A stretch of DNA of 60,474 bases, the filler included, from Rhizaria sp. SCN 62-66 (Eukaryota), in NCBI GenBank assembly GCA_001724265.1. It is 8 parts of 8 records of this genome, joined end to end, with 100 filler letters (N's around TTAATTAATTAA, not from the genome) between each part and the next. Parts side by side here need not be neighbours in the genome. Positions count along the whole stretch, not along the records: positions 35,872 to 47,769 come from MEDY01000618.1; positions 47,870 to 54,138 come from MEDY01000619.1; 6 more parts are not named here. The stretch is one strand, 5' to 3'. Positions 35,872 through 49,381 of the stretch are shown piece after piece. Each line of letters opens with the position of its first letter. Position 1 is the first letter of the stretch. Position numbers and translations under genes: made by a program. The notes beneath the pieces are model-generated. The model had not been told where the DNA came from, did no database searches, and saw only the letters and a list, made by a program, of their open reading frames with translations.

Positions 35872-38800
35872 GGGCGCGGCGGCCGTCGCGGCGGCGATGT
35901 CCGCCGTGAGCGTGCCGCAGAGCCACACAAGCAGCCGCCGCAGCCGCTCGCGCGACAGCGCCTGCAGCTCCAGCTGCGCCGCCGCGGCCTCGGCCTCGGC
36001 GTTGGCCGCCGCCACCGCCGGCGGCATGCTCTTGCCCTTCTTGCCCGTGGCCGTGGCGGGGCCGCTGGGGCTGGCTGGGTTGGCGCGGGCGCGCGCGTTG
36101 CGCTCCCAGGGGCCCAGGTCAGCGGGCACGCGCCACAGCGGCAGCTGCTGCGCGGGCGGCGCGGGAGCGGCGGCCGCAGCGGGCGCCAGCGCGGGCAGCG
36201 TGCCCGCGACGGCGTCGGCCGGCGCCAGCAGCAGCGAGTGCGTGGGCAGCGGCAGGTGCGCCAGCGTCACGGGCGACGCCAGGGCCGGGAACGCAAACGA
36301 AAGGATGCCCGCGTTGGCGCTGGCGCTGGCGCTGGCGCTGCCGGTGATGGAGGCCGTGCCGGGCCGCTTGAGGCCCCCCGTGGCGGCGGCGGAGGCGGCG
36401 AGCGAGGCGTGGCCGTGCGCCGCGAGGGCTGAGACGTGGCCGGTGCCTGTGCCGCCGCTGGCGTTGTTCTGCCGCCGCATCAGCGACGCGGGCAGCGCGT
36501 AGCCGCCCGTCACGCTCGCAGTCGCGCTCGCAGCGCTACTGCTGCTTGAGCTCGAGCCGCCGTTGGCGTTGTTGGCGCTGTGGTGGAAGGGGGCCGCGTT
36601 GGAGCTGTGGCCGTGGCTGCCGTGGATGATGGTGTTGCCCGCCGAGCCCAGCGCCCGGTGCTCGCGGTCGCCGCCGCGGCGGTCGCTGGCCGTGACGCTG
36701 CCGCGCTCGCCGCCGTGCGCGTTGGCGCTAGAGCCGGCGCCGAAGCGGCCCGGAGTCGTCTTGGAGCTGCCGCTGTCCCTGGCGCCGTCCCTGCTGCTCT
36801 CGCGGTCGGTGCCCGCCGAGGCGGGGGGCACGACGAAGGACACGCGCGAGCGCGAAGTCGACGGGGAGCCGGGCCGGCGCATCGAGCCCAGTCCGTTGAG
36901 GGAGCCGACGCGGCTGTCGGGGTCGCTCAGGTCGCCACTGCCTCCACCGCTGCGGTCGCGCGAGGAAAACGACGTCAGCCCGCCCGAGGAGGGCTTCTTC
37001 ATCGCAGACTTGGCCGGTTGACGGCCGTCGCGGCCGTCACGTTCGCGGTCGCTGCCAGAGCTGCCAGAGCTGCCCATGCGACCCAGCGAGGCCGGTGCCG
37101 CCACCGCGGGCATCGGCGCCGGCGGCATCCACTGCCCGTATCCCATCAGGCTCTGGTCCGGCGCTCCGCCCGCTCCCCCCGCCTCGGTACTATGGGCCGC
37201 CGTGCCGCCGGTGAGCGGGGCCGTGGCGGAGATGTAGGGCGCCATGATGTTGCCGGCGGCGATGACAGCCGGGTCAGACAGGCCGGCGGCGGCACTCGCA
37301 CTGGGGCTCGAGCCGGAGCTGGTGGCGTTCATGGTGGCGGTGGCGGGGGCGGGGGGCAGGAGCGCGTGCGCGTGTGCGTGGCGCTGGTTCCAGTCGAAGA
37401 GGCGGAGGAAGACCGAGGGGAAGTAGCGCAGGAAGACCTCCTTGCGCACGCTGCCTACGCGCTCGGGGTCCAGGTAGAGCACCAGGTAGCCCGTCACGCG
37501 CTTGACCTGCGGAGCGATAGAGACAAGAGAGCGAGATGTTATTGGAGTGAGACTAGTATTCATTTGGAGAATTCGATTTAGAGATAGAAATAGAATAGCT
37601 AAATGAAAAATCAAACCATTTAACCCTATATATCGCTATATAATAAATGTGAATTCGGGGATATTATGTTGACAAGATAACGCACCTGGTCGGGGATCGA
37701 GTAGGGGTTGCCCGGCAGTACACGGCGACACATGGCCGCGAAACGCTTGCCGCCCGCGGCGGCGCGCGCGCCCGCGGTGCCGGCTGCGGCGCCCGCGGCG
37801 GCGGCTAGGTCGGCCTTGAGCGCGGCGTGCACGTAGGCCACGATGTCGTGCGCATACGCGGCCAGGGCAGACACGGGCGCGGCCTCGGCCTCCTGCGAGT
37901 GTTGTCGGAGTATCGAGGGGTATCGAGGGGAAGCAAGAGCGAAGGGATAGGTAGTGGGATTTAAGAAATAAGATGTTGGATTATAGCATTGAACAAAAAA
38001 AAAGACTTAAAATATAGAACAAAATCCCAAAAATCATTCGAAAAATCATATCCCGTCCAACTCGACATTACAATAAAGTGTTCACCTGTCATATCCTGAT
38101 GTTATCGTACCTCGTCGCGCGCGTAGTGGCCCCAGACCTGCTCCAGGTGCTTGAGGAAGACCTCTGGCGCGGCCCAGCGGTAAGGCTGCCGCCGCAGCAG
38201 CCCGGCCGTGTCGTCGTCCATGGGCACCGAGCCTGTGTGGAAGAGGTTGCCTGGGGCGCCCACGGCGGCCGCGGCGGGCAGCGCCAGCCCCGCGGCGACG
38301 GCCTCGGCCTGCTCCGGGCTGAGCGCGCCATCGCCGTCGCCGCCGGGCCCGCCGCCGAGCGGCGAGGCGCCGGGCGCGCGCCGCAGCTGCAGGCGTAGCG
38401 CGCGTGGCATCGCAGGCGGCGGGCGCGCGCGCGCCATGCGGCCAGCCAGCGCCTGACGCGGGCGCGCGGCCGACAGCGAGACAACGGGGGTAAAGGCGGC
38501 CTCAAGAAGCCGCGGCCAGTGCAGCTCCAGCTGCCCCTTGGTCACGTAACTGCCCGCGCCCGCGCCGCCGTGGCCGCCGCCGGCGCCGCCGGCAGTTGCA
38601 GCGCCGGCGGAGGAGGAGGCGTTGGTCGCGGAGGCGGCGCCGGGCCCGGTGACCGCGGCGGCGCCAATGCCAGTAATCTCGCCCATGGCCCAGTTGGTGG
38701 CAAAGGCGACGTGGTCCGCGGCCGTGGCGCCGGGGAAATACACCGTGTCCAGCTCGCGGTCAGCGCCCTCCTCGCCGGGCTGCTTCGCGGAGTCGCCGGC

Positions 38801-39181
38801 GGTAGTGGTGCCCGAGGAGGAGGTGATGGACGCGTAGCGCGAGTCAACGGCCATGATGGGGATGAGGCGGTTGCGCAGCGCGGTGTAGGCGTCGGCCACG
38901 AGCAGCTCGAGCTCGTGCGCCGTCATCACTGAGAGCTCGGAGCCGGCCATGTAGTGTGCCCACAGGTCGTCATAGTGCACCAGGAAGACGTACAGGTCCG
39001 CCCAGCCGCCCGGGTGCGCGTCCACGGCGGCGCGCTCCGCGGGCGCCATGCGGCGCCGCTGGGCGATCAGCGCGGCCTGCTCCGCGCGCGCGCGCTTGAC
39101 GCGCTCCAGCGCAGAGAGGCCGTCGGCGCCTGGGGACGACGCCGCGTCGAGCGGGGCGACGTGGCTCGCTCCGCAGCCCAT
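35872..39181 (-). CDS. N-acylated (MGCGAS) protein with repeated divergent EF-hand-like modules; exons 39181-38111, 37892-37686, 37506-35872; 3' truncated
   Basis: Two phase-0 introns (GTACGA..GCAG and GTGCGT..GCAG) join three ORFs. It has a Gly2/Cys3 acylation motif and an LDPERVGSVRKEVF loop. Confidence 0.75.
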
Positions 39182-40488
39182 CGCGGTCGGACAAGCGGGG
39201 AAAAAGGGGCGGGGCCGCGGGAAGGCGCGCGGAGAAAGGCGCGGGGACGGGGAAGAGGGCGCAACGGCAGCGGCGGAGGCAGAGGGAGTGGCAGAAGAAG
39301 AAGTGGGAGGAAAGCTGGGGAACAGGGGAAGGGTTTGTGCAGGGGATATGTGAGGTGTTGCACTATTCAGAGTTTTATAAAGTAGAAATCACACAGAAAT
39401 TTACGGGTATGCAGCGGTGCAAAGCGAAGTGACGAACGCCCCACGGCAAGGAACGCGATTTTTTAAAGCCAATTCGAGGGCCCTTGTCGAGAAACCGACT
39501 GCTGCCGCGCTGCGACGGCTCCAATGCCAGTGCTGTCTACTTGTGGGGCAGTAAACGACAGCAGTGCGTTATATTTAAGAAAGAAACGATGTTTTGTGCG
39601 GAGAAATAATACTATAAAATACGCGGTTACCATTAATAAGCGAAATACGAAGTGATGAAGCGCGTGCTGACGATGTGAAAATTGCCAACCAGATCATCTT
39701 GTCCACACCATCCGGTTGCCTTGGGCACTGAGCGCTCCAGCATGTATTGGCACATCCTTGGGTTATAACGCGCGTTTTCATATCAATCATGACGTTTAGG
39801 CGTTAATCCCGCCGTGGTTTTTCAGGATGCGCCCTTTCCAGTGATATATTGACGGAATAATGAATCGCCTTTGGTGACAACCTTGCTGACGGCAGTTGAT
39901 GCACACACACCAGCAGCACTGACGGTCATAGCGACCAAGTATCTTTACCAATGCATTCGCGGCTGCAGTGTTATGTAATCAAAAGTGTCGTCGTATATAT
40001 AACTGGTTTTTGTTTGAAAAAGAGACTGTTTCCCCATGCATCGTGGCCCTCGAATGTTAGCGGCGACCGTTACTTCAACAACACCTGTCGCCGCTCACCC
40101 TTGTCGTCATCCCAAACTAGACTGCCATGCAGCTAGTGCTCTTGTGGCGACTTCGTCGCTGCGGCTGCGCTTCGGGAGCGGCAGATGCCCTCGGACAACA
40201 TGTGTCAACCTGCGGCGTTGTCAGCCGGCTCCAGGACGAGTGTATTTGGGACATGACCATGTTGTGCGAAACGTATTGATTTGTATTGAGTTGAGTTTGA
40301 CTAAAGTATGAGTAGACTAACCGTAAATAAATATTACAATTTGTCGTCAAGTCGGGATAAGACGCGTTGCCAATGTTCACGTTGTCACAGCTAATGTGCT
40401 GTGAGTCGCGTAAAGCTTCTGCATGCAAAGCTTGTTTGCGCAAGCATATGGGATATTCTCTGCTGCTGCTGCCGCTGCTGTGTGTTCG

Positions 40489-42191
40489 TCAGCGCTTCTT
40501 TGGCGCCCCTTTGCCCCGCAACAACAAAGCCATAATGTCATCATCGTTCCCACCGCCGCCGCCGCCACCATCGCCGCCGCCGCCACCGCCGCCGCCACTG
40601 CCACTGCCATTCGCGGGAGCCGCGCCGGCGACAGAGCCAGCGCTTGCGCCACCGTTGGCGTTGTGGCTGACGCGAGCGTGGGCGCTCGCGCTGGAGTTGC
40701 TGTTGTTGCGGTTGTTCGCAATGATGGCGCTGAAATACGCGCTCGCGCCGGCATTCGCGTTCGCGCTGACGCCCGCGGTGCTGCCGCTGCCACCGCGGCC
40801 GTTGGTGACGGCGAGGGGGCCGCTGCTCAGACCGCTGAGGCCGGTACTTAGACCTGTGTAAGGGTGCGGCTGCGCGTTGCTTGCGCCTGTACTAACGGCG
40901 CCGGTCCCTGTGTGAGCGTTCAGTGTGGCGTTTGCATTGACGTTGCGAGAGTGAGTGTGCGCGCCGCTGGGGGGACGGGGACGGCGAGGCGGCAGCAGCT
41001 GCATCGGCGGCTGCGGCTGTGGCGGCTGTGGCTGCTGCGGCGGCGCGGGCATGGCTGCGACCGCTGCTGCTTCAGGGGAGGAGGCGACGCGACTGGCGCT
41101 CATACCCGGACCAACATCAGCAGAGCCCGCGTCTGCAGTAGCAGCAGCAGCAGCAGCAGCAGCAGCGGCGTTGCCGGTGGCGTTGGCGGTGGAGCGGCGG
41201 CCCAGTAGCGCCAGCCTCGGGTCCCGACTGCCCACGCCGACGCCGGCACTGCTCGCGCTCACACTGGGCCCGGAGGCAGCGGCAGAGACGGCAGCGGAGG
41301 CAGCAGTAGAGGCAGGGACAGACGTGTTTTGGCGCGAGCCGGAGCCCGGCCTAGCGGCAGCGTTTACAGAGACGTTGCTGATGCTGGCGTCGGCACCAAA
41401 GGGCGGCGCGGTGCTGGCGGTAATGGCGGCGCTATAGCCGGAGCCAGATCCGGGCCGGGGCCGGGCAAACGCCTGAGCTTGCTGCGGCTGCAGCTGCGGC
41501 TCTGAAGACTGTGCATGCGGTAGCGGCCGCGGACGCCCGTTGGCAGCTGCGGACCCGGCAGCAGAAGCACCGCTACTATGCGCAGTCGCAGCAGCTGCAG
41601 TAGAGGCAGCGGTGGCGGCGGCGACTGTGGCGGCGGACAAGACCCCCGCGGCCCTGAGTCGGGCCAGCAGCTCGGGGTCGCGCAAAGGTAAGCCGCCCGA
41701 GGAAGTTAGGCCGCCAGCACCGGCACCGCCACTAGTGGTACTCGTGGTATTGTTCGCAGCAGTAGCAGCAGCGCCCAAGAGTGTTGCTGAGGAGTGCGAG
41801 GAGGATGAGCGGCGGCCGGCGACTACTGAAGCGCTGCTGTTGCTGTTAGCAGCGGCGGCGGCAGCAACATTATTGCTCTTGCCTTTGTTCTTGCCCGTGC
41901 TTTTCACGAGCCCCAGCCCCGACAGCAGCAGCAGACCTAAGTCAGCACTCGAGTTGCCACGGATGATGCTGCCGCCGCTGCTATCGTAGAGTGCAAGCGC
42001 AGTCACCATATCGCCCATGCTCCAGCCCGGCAGCGCCGTCAACAGGCCGTCGACGTCGGCGGCACTCCCACTCCCTCCAACACCCGCGCCCGCGCTTGCG
42101 TCTGCGTCGCCGTTGAATGTCTGCGCGGCCGCAGAGACCGCCGCTGTCGCCGCAGTCTTCACAGCTGCCACAACATCCGCACTCGCACTGC

Positions 42192-42223
<32 letters not shown>

Positions 42224-45200
42224 TTTTTGTTGTCGGCGGTGTAAATGGCGGCCTCCAGCGCCCGCGCGGCGGCCACGCAAAGCGCCAGGTAGCGACTAAG
42301 TCCGCTGTCACCGTCGCCGTCACCGTCGGCAGAGTACATGAATGCGATACGAGAACCAGAGCTAGAGCCAGAGTCTGAGCCTGCATAAGCGCCAGAGGCA
42401 GCGGCAGTGACACGGCTGTCGGGCTGAGGGGCGAGGCTTGAGGTAGAGCTCGCGTAAGTGCTTCCGGGGACGTTGTAAGGGGCTGCCAACGCAGCCTCAC
42501 TCAGCACTTCCTCCTCGCCCCTTACCCCGGCCTTGCGGCTGCGAGCCGCGGGCCCCACATCGTGACTATTGGGGGGCAACGAGTTCCCCGCCTCGTTGCT
42601 ATGGAGCAGCGCATCGAGGTCGTAGTCAAGCAAGGCCCAGTCGTCGCTGCTCCGGCTGCCACTGAGGTCGCCGTTGCCGTCCGTGCCAGTGACCAGCGGA
42701 GCAGAGGCCCGCATCAGAGCGACGATCTCTGCAACACCGCTGAACACCCCTGCCTTCGCACTCGCACTGCCGCCGCCCACGCTGCCGCTGTCGCCGTAGC
42801 CGCCGCGACCAAGGCTGCGCGTGGCCAGCGCCGCCAGCGCGGCCGCGCGCGCCGCCGCGCCGCGGCGCCCGCCCGCGCCAGCTCCAGCGCGGCGGGCGGC
42901 GGAAGGCCGCGCGCTCGGTGGTGCGCCAGGAGAGCGCGCGCCGCCCGCGCCGCCACGGCCGAGCCGCCGAGCCCGCCGGCGCGCGCGCGCGAGCCGAGCG
43001 CGGCGGTGGAGGGCGCGGCGGGCGGCAGCAGGCGCAGGCCGGCGAGGGCGCCGAGACGCGCGAGCAGCGGCAGGAACCCCGCCATCGCCATCGCGAAGGG
43101 TTGGCGGGGCGGGGGGGCGTTGGGGGGCGGAGAAGCTAATGGACAGCTTAATGAAGCAAGTAAGTTGCTGGTGTTGTTTGAGTTATTGCTGCTGCTGCTG
43201 CTGCTGCTGTTGCTCGTTAATAGAGCTAGGAGACGTCCAGTTTGCTGGTCAACGTCACTTTCGCTATAGCACTGCTGCTGCGACAGGGTTTGCACAGATG
43301 TTGCTGATGCTGCTGTTGTTGTTGTTGGCGGCAGCAGCGAGCTGTACGCCACTGTCGGGGCGCTGCTGCCGTCGCGCCGAGCAACCACAGCGGCGGCATT
43401 CGCAAAGCGAGTACTGTTTTTCGCCCCATGTGCCGCTGTTGCAGCCCCAGGCCCAGGCCCAGTCCCGGCCTCAGCCTCAGAGTCGAACTCAAAGTCCAGC
43501 TCTTGCTCAAGCTCGAGCTCTAGCTCGGAGCCGGGGACCCAGAACCGGGCCCAGTCGCCGTCGCGAAAGCGTTCACAGTCACTCAGACACGGCTGCTCAC
43601 GGTCACTCGGAGCCCCGCCACTCGCTTTGCTCTTACGTTTGCCATCTTTGCCCTTGCCTATGCTCTGGGACTGAGTGATCGCGTGGCCGACGCTGAAATG
43701 GTTGTCGGTGCTGCCAGGGCCGCCGCCGCTGCAGCCGGTCGCGACCACCCACCCCGAGCCCAGCGACTGTGAGCCCTGTGCCCGTGAGCCGTACATCAGC
43801 GACTGCGACAGCGAGACGCCAGTACCGCCCCCACTGCTGCTGCTGCTGCTGCTGCTGCTAGTGCTATTGGAATTCACAACATTGCCGAGCGACTCTGCAC
43901 TGGCGGGCTGCGGCAGGCGCCACCACGGCCCCCACAGAGGCGGGGCCGGGTCACGGGCGAGCGCACTCACTGCTGCGGATACAGCAGCGGCAGCAGCGGC
44001 AGTCGCGGCGGAAACGCTGCTGCTCTTGCCTGTTGGAGCAGCAGCAGTCGCTGTTGCTGGCGTCGACGCCGGTTGCCTCGCCCGCCCCAACAGCCGCCCT
44101 TGCCCCTGCCCTTGCTGCTGCTGCTGTTGCAGTTGCTGTGCCTTGCCGCTCGTAGCCGTTTTTGCAGCAGGTCTCGCGCCGCTGGCAGTCGCCGTCGCCG
44201 TCGCGAGCGCCGCCACCGCGGCCACCGCCGCGGCCGCGCGCGCGGCCCACCGCCGCGCCCCCAGCGCCTGCGCGGGCCACAGCAACAGCGCCGGGGCCAG
44301 GACGCGAGACTGCGACTGCCAGGGCGACTGCGGCTGCAACTGCGATTTAGCAGTGATAGCTGTCGTAGAGTGAGCGCGTCCAACGGCGAACAGCAGCTGC
44401 GCGTAGGCCGCCGCCAGCGCTGGCCGCGACAGCTCACGCAGCCCCGGTCCAGCTCCAGCGCCAGTCACGCTTACGCTGGCGCCCGCGCCCGCGCCCGCGC
44501 CCGCGCTGTTGAGGTCGCCGGTGGCGGTGCGGCGCGCGGCGAGCGCGGCGGTGAGCCGAGCCCTGTCGCCGACACTGATGCCGGTGCCGGCAAGCCCCAG
44601 CTCCACGAGCCTGGCTGCAGCGTCTGCAACGACGCTGTGGCCGCCGCCGCTGCCGCTGCCACCGGGGTTCGAGAGCGCGAGCAGCAGCAGCAGCAGCCGG
44701 GGCGCGGCGGCGGCGGCGCGCGGCGACAGCGGGCAGTCGTCGAGCGAAAGCACACGCAGGCGGGAAAGTAAGCCGCAGGCGCGGGAAGTCAAGCCGCCGC
44801 GTTGCAGTCCCTGCTGTTGTCCTTGTTGCTGGTGATACAGATTCAAGCCAAGCGCAGAGGCGATGAGTTTCACGGCTTTGACCGAGCGGATGCCGGTGTC
44901 GTCGAGCAGCAGACGGCGCAGCGCCAGCGGCGGCGACTGATAGAGCGATTGCGATTGCGGGCAGGAGCAGGCTGACTGAGACCGCGACTGCGGCGGCTGT
45001 GGCTCCAAGAGCGACTGCGGGTACTGCGAATGCAAGCGAGGCTGTGCCTTAGAGCTCTTCAGCGCACTACCTTGTTGGCCAACACTGCTCGAGCCAGCTG
45101 GCTGGGAGCCAGCGTGCTGGCACTTGCACGTGCGCCTGGGGTACTTAGCCACAGATCTAAGTAGCCACGCAAGCCCCCGACCTCGCAGACCCGGATTCTC

Positions 45201-47000
45201 GCCCAGATCCAGCGACCGCAGCCCTCCCCCAGCCCCACCACCGCAGCCGCAGCCGCCGTAACTGCAGCCACCGCGGTGGCATCTACAACAGCAGCCGCCG
45301 AGCAGGAGTTGGCGCAGCAGCGGGCGCGGCAAGAGGCGCCGCAGCCGGCGTGGTGTGAGTGCGCACGCGCGCAGAGAGAGGTGCTGCAGTGAGCCGCTGA
45401 GGGGGTACTTAGAATGAGACGGACCCTTACACGGGCAGGCGGTGTTCTCGCCATCGTTGTCGTCGTCGCTGTCTCTGAAGGGGTAATCGTCATCATCGTC
45501 GTCGTCATCATCATCACTGTTGTTGCCGTGGACCTTGTTGCGGTTGCTGTTGCTGTCGTCTTCGTCGTCGTCGCCGGCACCGTCGTCGGCGCCGTCATCG
45601 TCGCCGTCGGCCCAGTCGGCCGATGTGAGGGCGTTGTCCAGTGTAAGGACCCTCAGAGAGCCCCCCGGCTCGGCCGCGGCCGCCACCAAGGCCGCCGCGC
45701 CGGCCACGGTCAGGGGGTTCGAGGCCAGACTAAGCGCCCTGAGGTGGCACGCCCCCGTACCGCTGCCGCGACCGCCGTCGCCGCCGCCGCGGTTGCCGCG
45801 GCTGGTAAGCGCCGCCGCCAGCGCGCGGGCCCCTGACTCCCCGACGTCGTTGTTGTCCAGACTCAGCTCCAGCACGCGGTTCCGGCGCTCTGCCCGCGCG
45901 CGCCGCCGCAGCGCCGCCAGCAGCGGCGCCAGAGCCGCCGCTGCGGCCGCGGGCAGGGGGTACGTCCACAGGGGTGGCAACGGAGGTGTCTGAGACTGAG
46001 ACTGAGACTGAGACTGAGTGTCGGAGTTGTTATCTGTGTTGTCGCGTTTGTTCCGCTTAGAGTCGGAGTCGATGTCAGCGTCAGTGTCGGCCTCAGCGTC
46101 AGTATCAGAATCAGAAGCGAGCCAGAACCGAGGCCGGTCGTCAGCGTCGTCAAACAGCTGCTCACAGTTAAGGTCACGGTCGTTGTCATTGTCATAAGAG
46201 CCAGCGTATGTGTTGTTGTTGTTGTTGCTGTGGCCGGCATTGCCGTCGTAGTCAAAGGAGCCTGAGAGGCCAAGCTCAGTGGCATTGGCACTCGTGGCAT
46301 GCACACTCGTGGCATGCACGTTACTGTCGACGCTTGCATTGGCCTTGCTCCTTGTCGCTGCCGCAGCTGCCGCTGCGGCAGCTGCTGGGGTTAGGGCCAC
46401 AGTCGCAAACGTCGGGAAACCGGTTTCCGGGTCTACTGACGACATCACAGCACCCACACTCGCTGCGTTAGACGCAAACCCAGAGCTGGAACCCGCTGTA
46501 GCAGAGAGAGTGTGGCTGTTACTTTGGACATGAGAGTCAGGGATGGAGTATCTGAGCTTGAGCCGCCGAGCGCAATGATACAGCGCCCTTACACTCGCTT
46601 CTAAGCGCCAGGCCGAGGCTCGCCAGCGCTCCAGCAGCGTCCCCGTCGCGGCCGCAGTCGCTGGCCCAGGTGTAGCCGCGGATATGTTGCTGCCGGTGAC
46701 GGCAGCATTCCTCGATCGAGCGATTGAGGCGTTAGAGCCAGCGCCAGGGGTGAGGGCGGCGGCGACGGGGGCGAAGGTGGCGAGATAGTGGTGGAAGCCG
46801 AGCGAGGCGCCCAGCGCGTCCGCGAAGTCGGCGAGCGCGAGTGTGGCGGGCCCCGTGACGGTGTTGAGCGAGAGCAGCGTCGCCAGGGAGCGCGCCGTGC
46901 GGCTCGAGGCGTGCGCGGCATGGAGAGAGATGCGGTGCCGCGGGCGGTCCAGAAGCACCAAGGTGGGGTCGCGCAGCTGGCGCAAGTCACTCACGTCCAT
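40489..47000 (-). CDS. Large low-complexity protein with RI-type leucine-rich repeats; apparent frameshift near 42850
   Basis: LRRs: LELSLDNNDVGESGARALAAAL, LRALSLASNPLTVAGAAAL, LQHLSLRACALT, LRSLDLGENPGL, LRRLLLDDTGI, LVELGLAGTGI. ORFs 42714-47000 and 40489-42780 overlap in different frames. Confidence 0.7.
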
Positions 47001-47741
47001 GATTCATGCAAGAAGTCCGAAATCTGGGTCGCAGAGGTGTGAAAAAGAGTGGTGAGCGAGCTGTTTCTAACGGATAGTTCAAATGTAAAAGCAAGGATAT
47101 CACAACCAAAAGTCCGTCAGTAGAAATTAAAGTGTCACAATACAGTGAAAAATTGCGTCTAATTTGTACTATTTCACTTATAAATGCACAAAACAAAAGG
47201 CATGCGGTCGTGTTAGAGCTTTTTGTGAGTTTTTGATGGAGACTTGTGCTCACGGTCATTGCAGGTTAAGCCGCCTGGCTGGGCGGTTACTCGCTTGGTT
47301 TGTCGGGTCGAGCCATTTTTGTTAGTTGTTGTATCTGTCTTTACAAGCGCCTTTGCGAAGCTGAATTTGAGATAAAGATATCAAACAAGCTTAGTTTGAT
47401 CTATGTTCAAATTTTTGCATCAAAGCTTTCTCAAATTCATGTGCATTTTCGAAGGCAAGAAAAATCGCTCGTTAGTTTTGGCGTCGAACCTCGATTCTGG
47501 GTCTTTAGAGCATCTTGATTGCATGTCCCCTCGTGATGTGTCATCGACATTTAAGAGCTGATAACTCCCCATGGTTTTATTTCTAACATGCAGTTGTCGT
47601 TTTACGATTCAGCGACTCGTGTTGTCCGCAAATTTGAATTCTGTGAATGGGCATTGCTCTAACCGTCACTTGCTGGTCTCTCTTTAACAGTCTTTACTCA
47701 CACTCCTTTCCACCTGTTCTATCTTTTCTTTCTCCAAACGT

Positions 47742-47769
47742 TTTTTTTTTTTTTTTTTTTTTTTTTTTT
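47742..47769 (+). repeat. Poly(T) run at the contig end
   Basis: About 28 consecutive T. Confidence 0.9.
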
Positions 47770-49381
47770 NNNNNNNNNNNNNNNNNNNNNNNNNNNNNNN
47801 NNNNNNNNNNNNNTTAATTAATTAANNNNNNNNNNNNNNNNNNNNNNNNNNNNNNNNNNNNNNNNNNNNGGGGGTCTGACGGCGGGTTCTCGAGACGGGA
47901 TCTCGCGAAGGCAATTCGGGCTTGCGATAAGCAAGACGGTTGCACACAAGAGTAAGTGAATCCGCAAAGTAAAAAGAAATAACGGCGGAGTATGCGACCA
48001 AGAAAAGGGAGACTGGAATAGAAAAGCATGGCGACGACGAGAAGGGCGTGAGTGACCGGGTTAAAGAGAACCTGGGAGCTCGAGTCGGAGTTGATCAAGA
48101 GGTACTGCATCAGCTAATAGATAAAAGAAAACAGAAAAATTGAATTGACTCCGTATAGAATACTACGTTTTGCACGCAACGAATAAACGGCACATGAAAA
48201 TGGCGATTAATTGTTACAGGATATCAGTCGGAATAAACCACGGACGTCCGGTTCGCGTGACAGCCTTGCGACTGTGAGCAGCAGTCGGTACTCTCAGTCA
48301 AGCCATCAAAAGCAGTCTTTGCGCTTTGATGTTCGATTAAAGCTTCTAGAGCAAACCAAATGTGACCCTTCACAAGTTTAACAGCATATGTCCAACTTTG
48401 GGAGTGTAAGCCAGGCGCAATAATTTGAACGCCTCTTTGATCTCCGCGATCTCTCAGGCATTTGACCACAAGGGCATGACTTTAGAGTCAGAGGGGATGT
48501 CATCAGTCGCTGAGCGGCACACGTTACGGTTCTGCTTTAAGTAGGGCGCGGTGACAAGCAAACTGGTTGCTTTTTACGTTGCAGCGTACATTGGCACGCG
48601 TCGCCGATTCGAGCAAGCACGTCACTAAATCAATGTGCTAGGGGCCCTTTCTCTTTGCAGGAGTCAAGCGCAGAGGAGTCTGTGAGAAAGATTGCCGACA
48701 AATTCGAGTGCAGTTTTAAAAGAGAAGGATATGGAAACAAGAAAGAGTGAACTGGAAGGCGTGAGATATGGATTAAGAATGAAACGTAAGAGAGTGGTCA
48801 AGTTTGTGGGTTCAACGGGATAGCTACAGCCATTAGAACAACTCGGAATAGAGCATGTAAAATAGATCCGTTAAAGAAGCATTGCAAAATATTTCATAAC
48901 AAAAATCAGCTTCAACTATTGTTAGGATCTTTCAATATACCTATATCAGAAACATGAGGACATGTGAGGTTTGACCGGTCCGGTTAGAAGAAAAAAACAG
49001 TGTATCAGTCAAAGGGAGTGTCCTCCGAAGAGTTGGCCCGAACCTCGTATGGCAATCGCATATATTCCTTCATTTTCTTCGCTAAAGTCCTTGTATCTAG
49101 GTTGAAAGGATATGCACTTACGTGAAATATTCGGACATCTATTACTACTGTTAACACGTGTGGTTTATTGCTTCAGCAGGCTCCTCTATCACCCCTTCGT
49201 GCTGCTCTCGAAACTCTCTTCGTCCACTCTTCGCATTCTTCCTCCTACGCTTTCATTTCTTGCAAAATTTGTCCAAAACTAACACACTACATTTTACTAC
49301 ACACTTTCTTCTTGATTTCACTATCTGTATTGCCTAAACCATCTTAACTGTATCTACACGCGTCGGTTTGACTCAGTCACG

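Noticed and set aside
39623-39632. GCGGTTACCA shared with 52910-52919 (minus strand) upstream of two putative flagellar genes, X-box-half-like
   Set aside because: A single 10-mer match is expected by chance in this much intergenic DNA.
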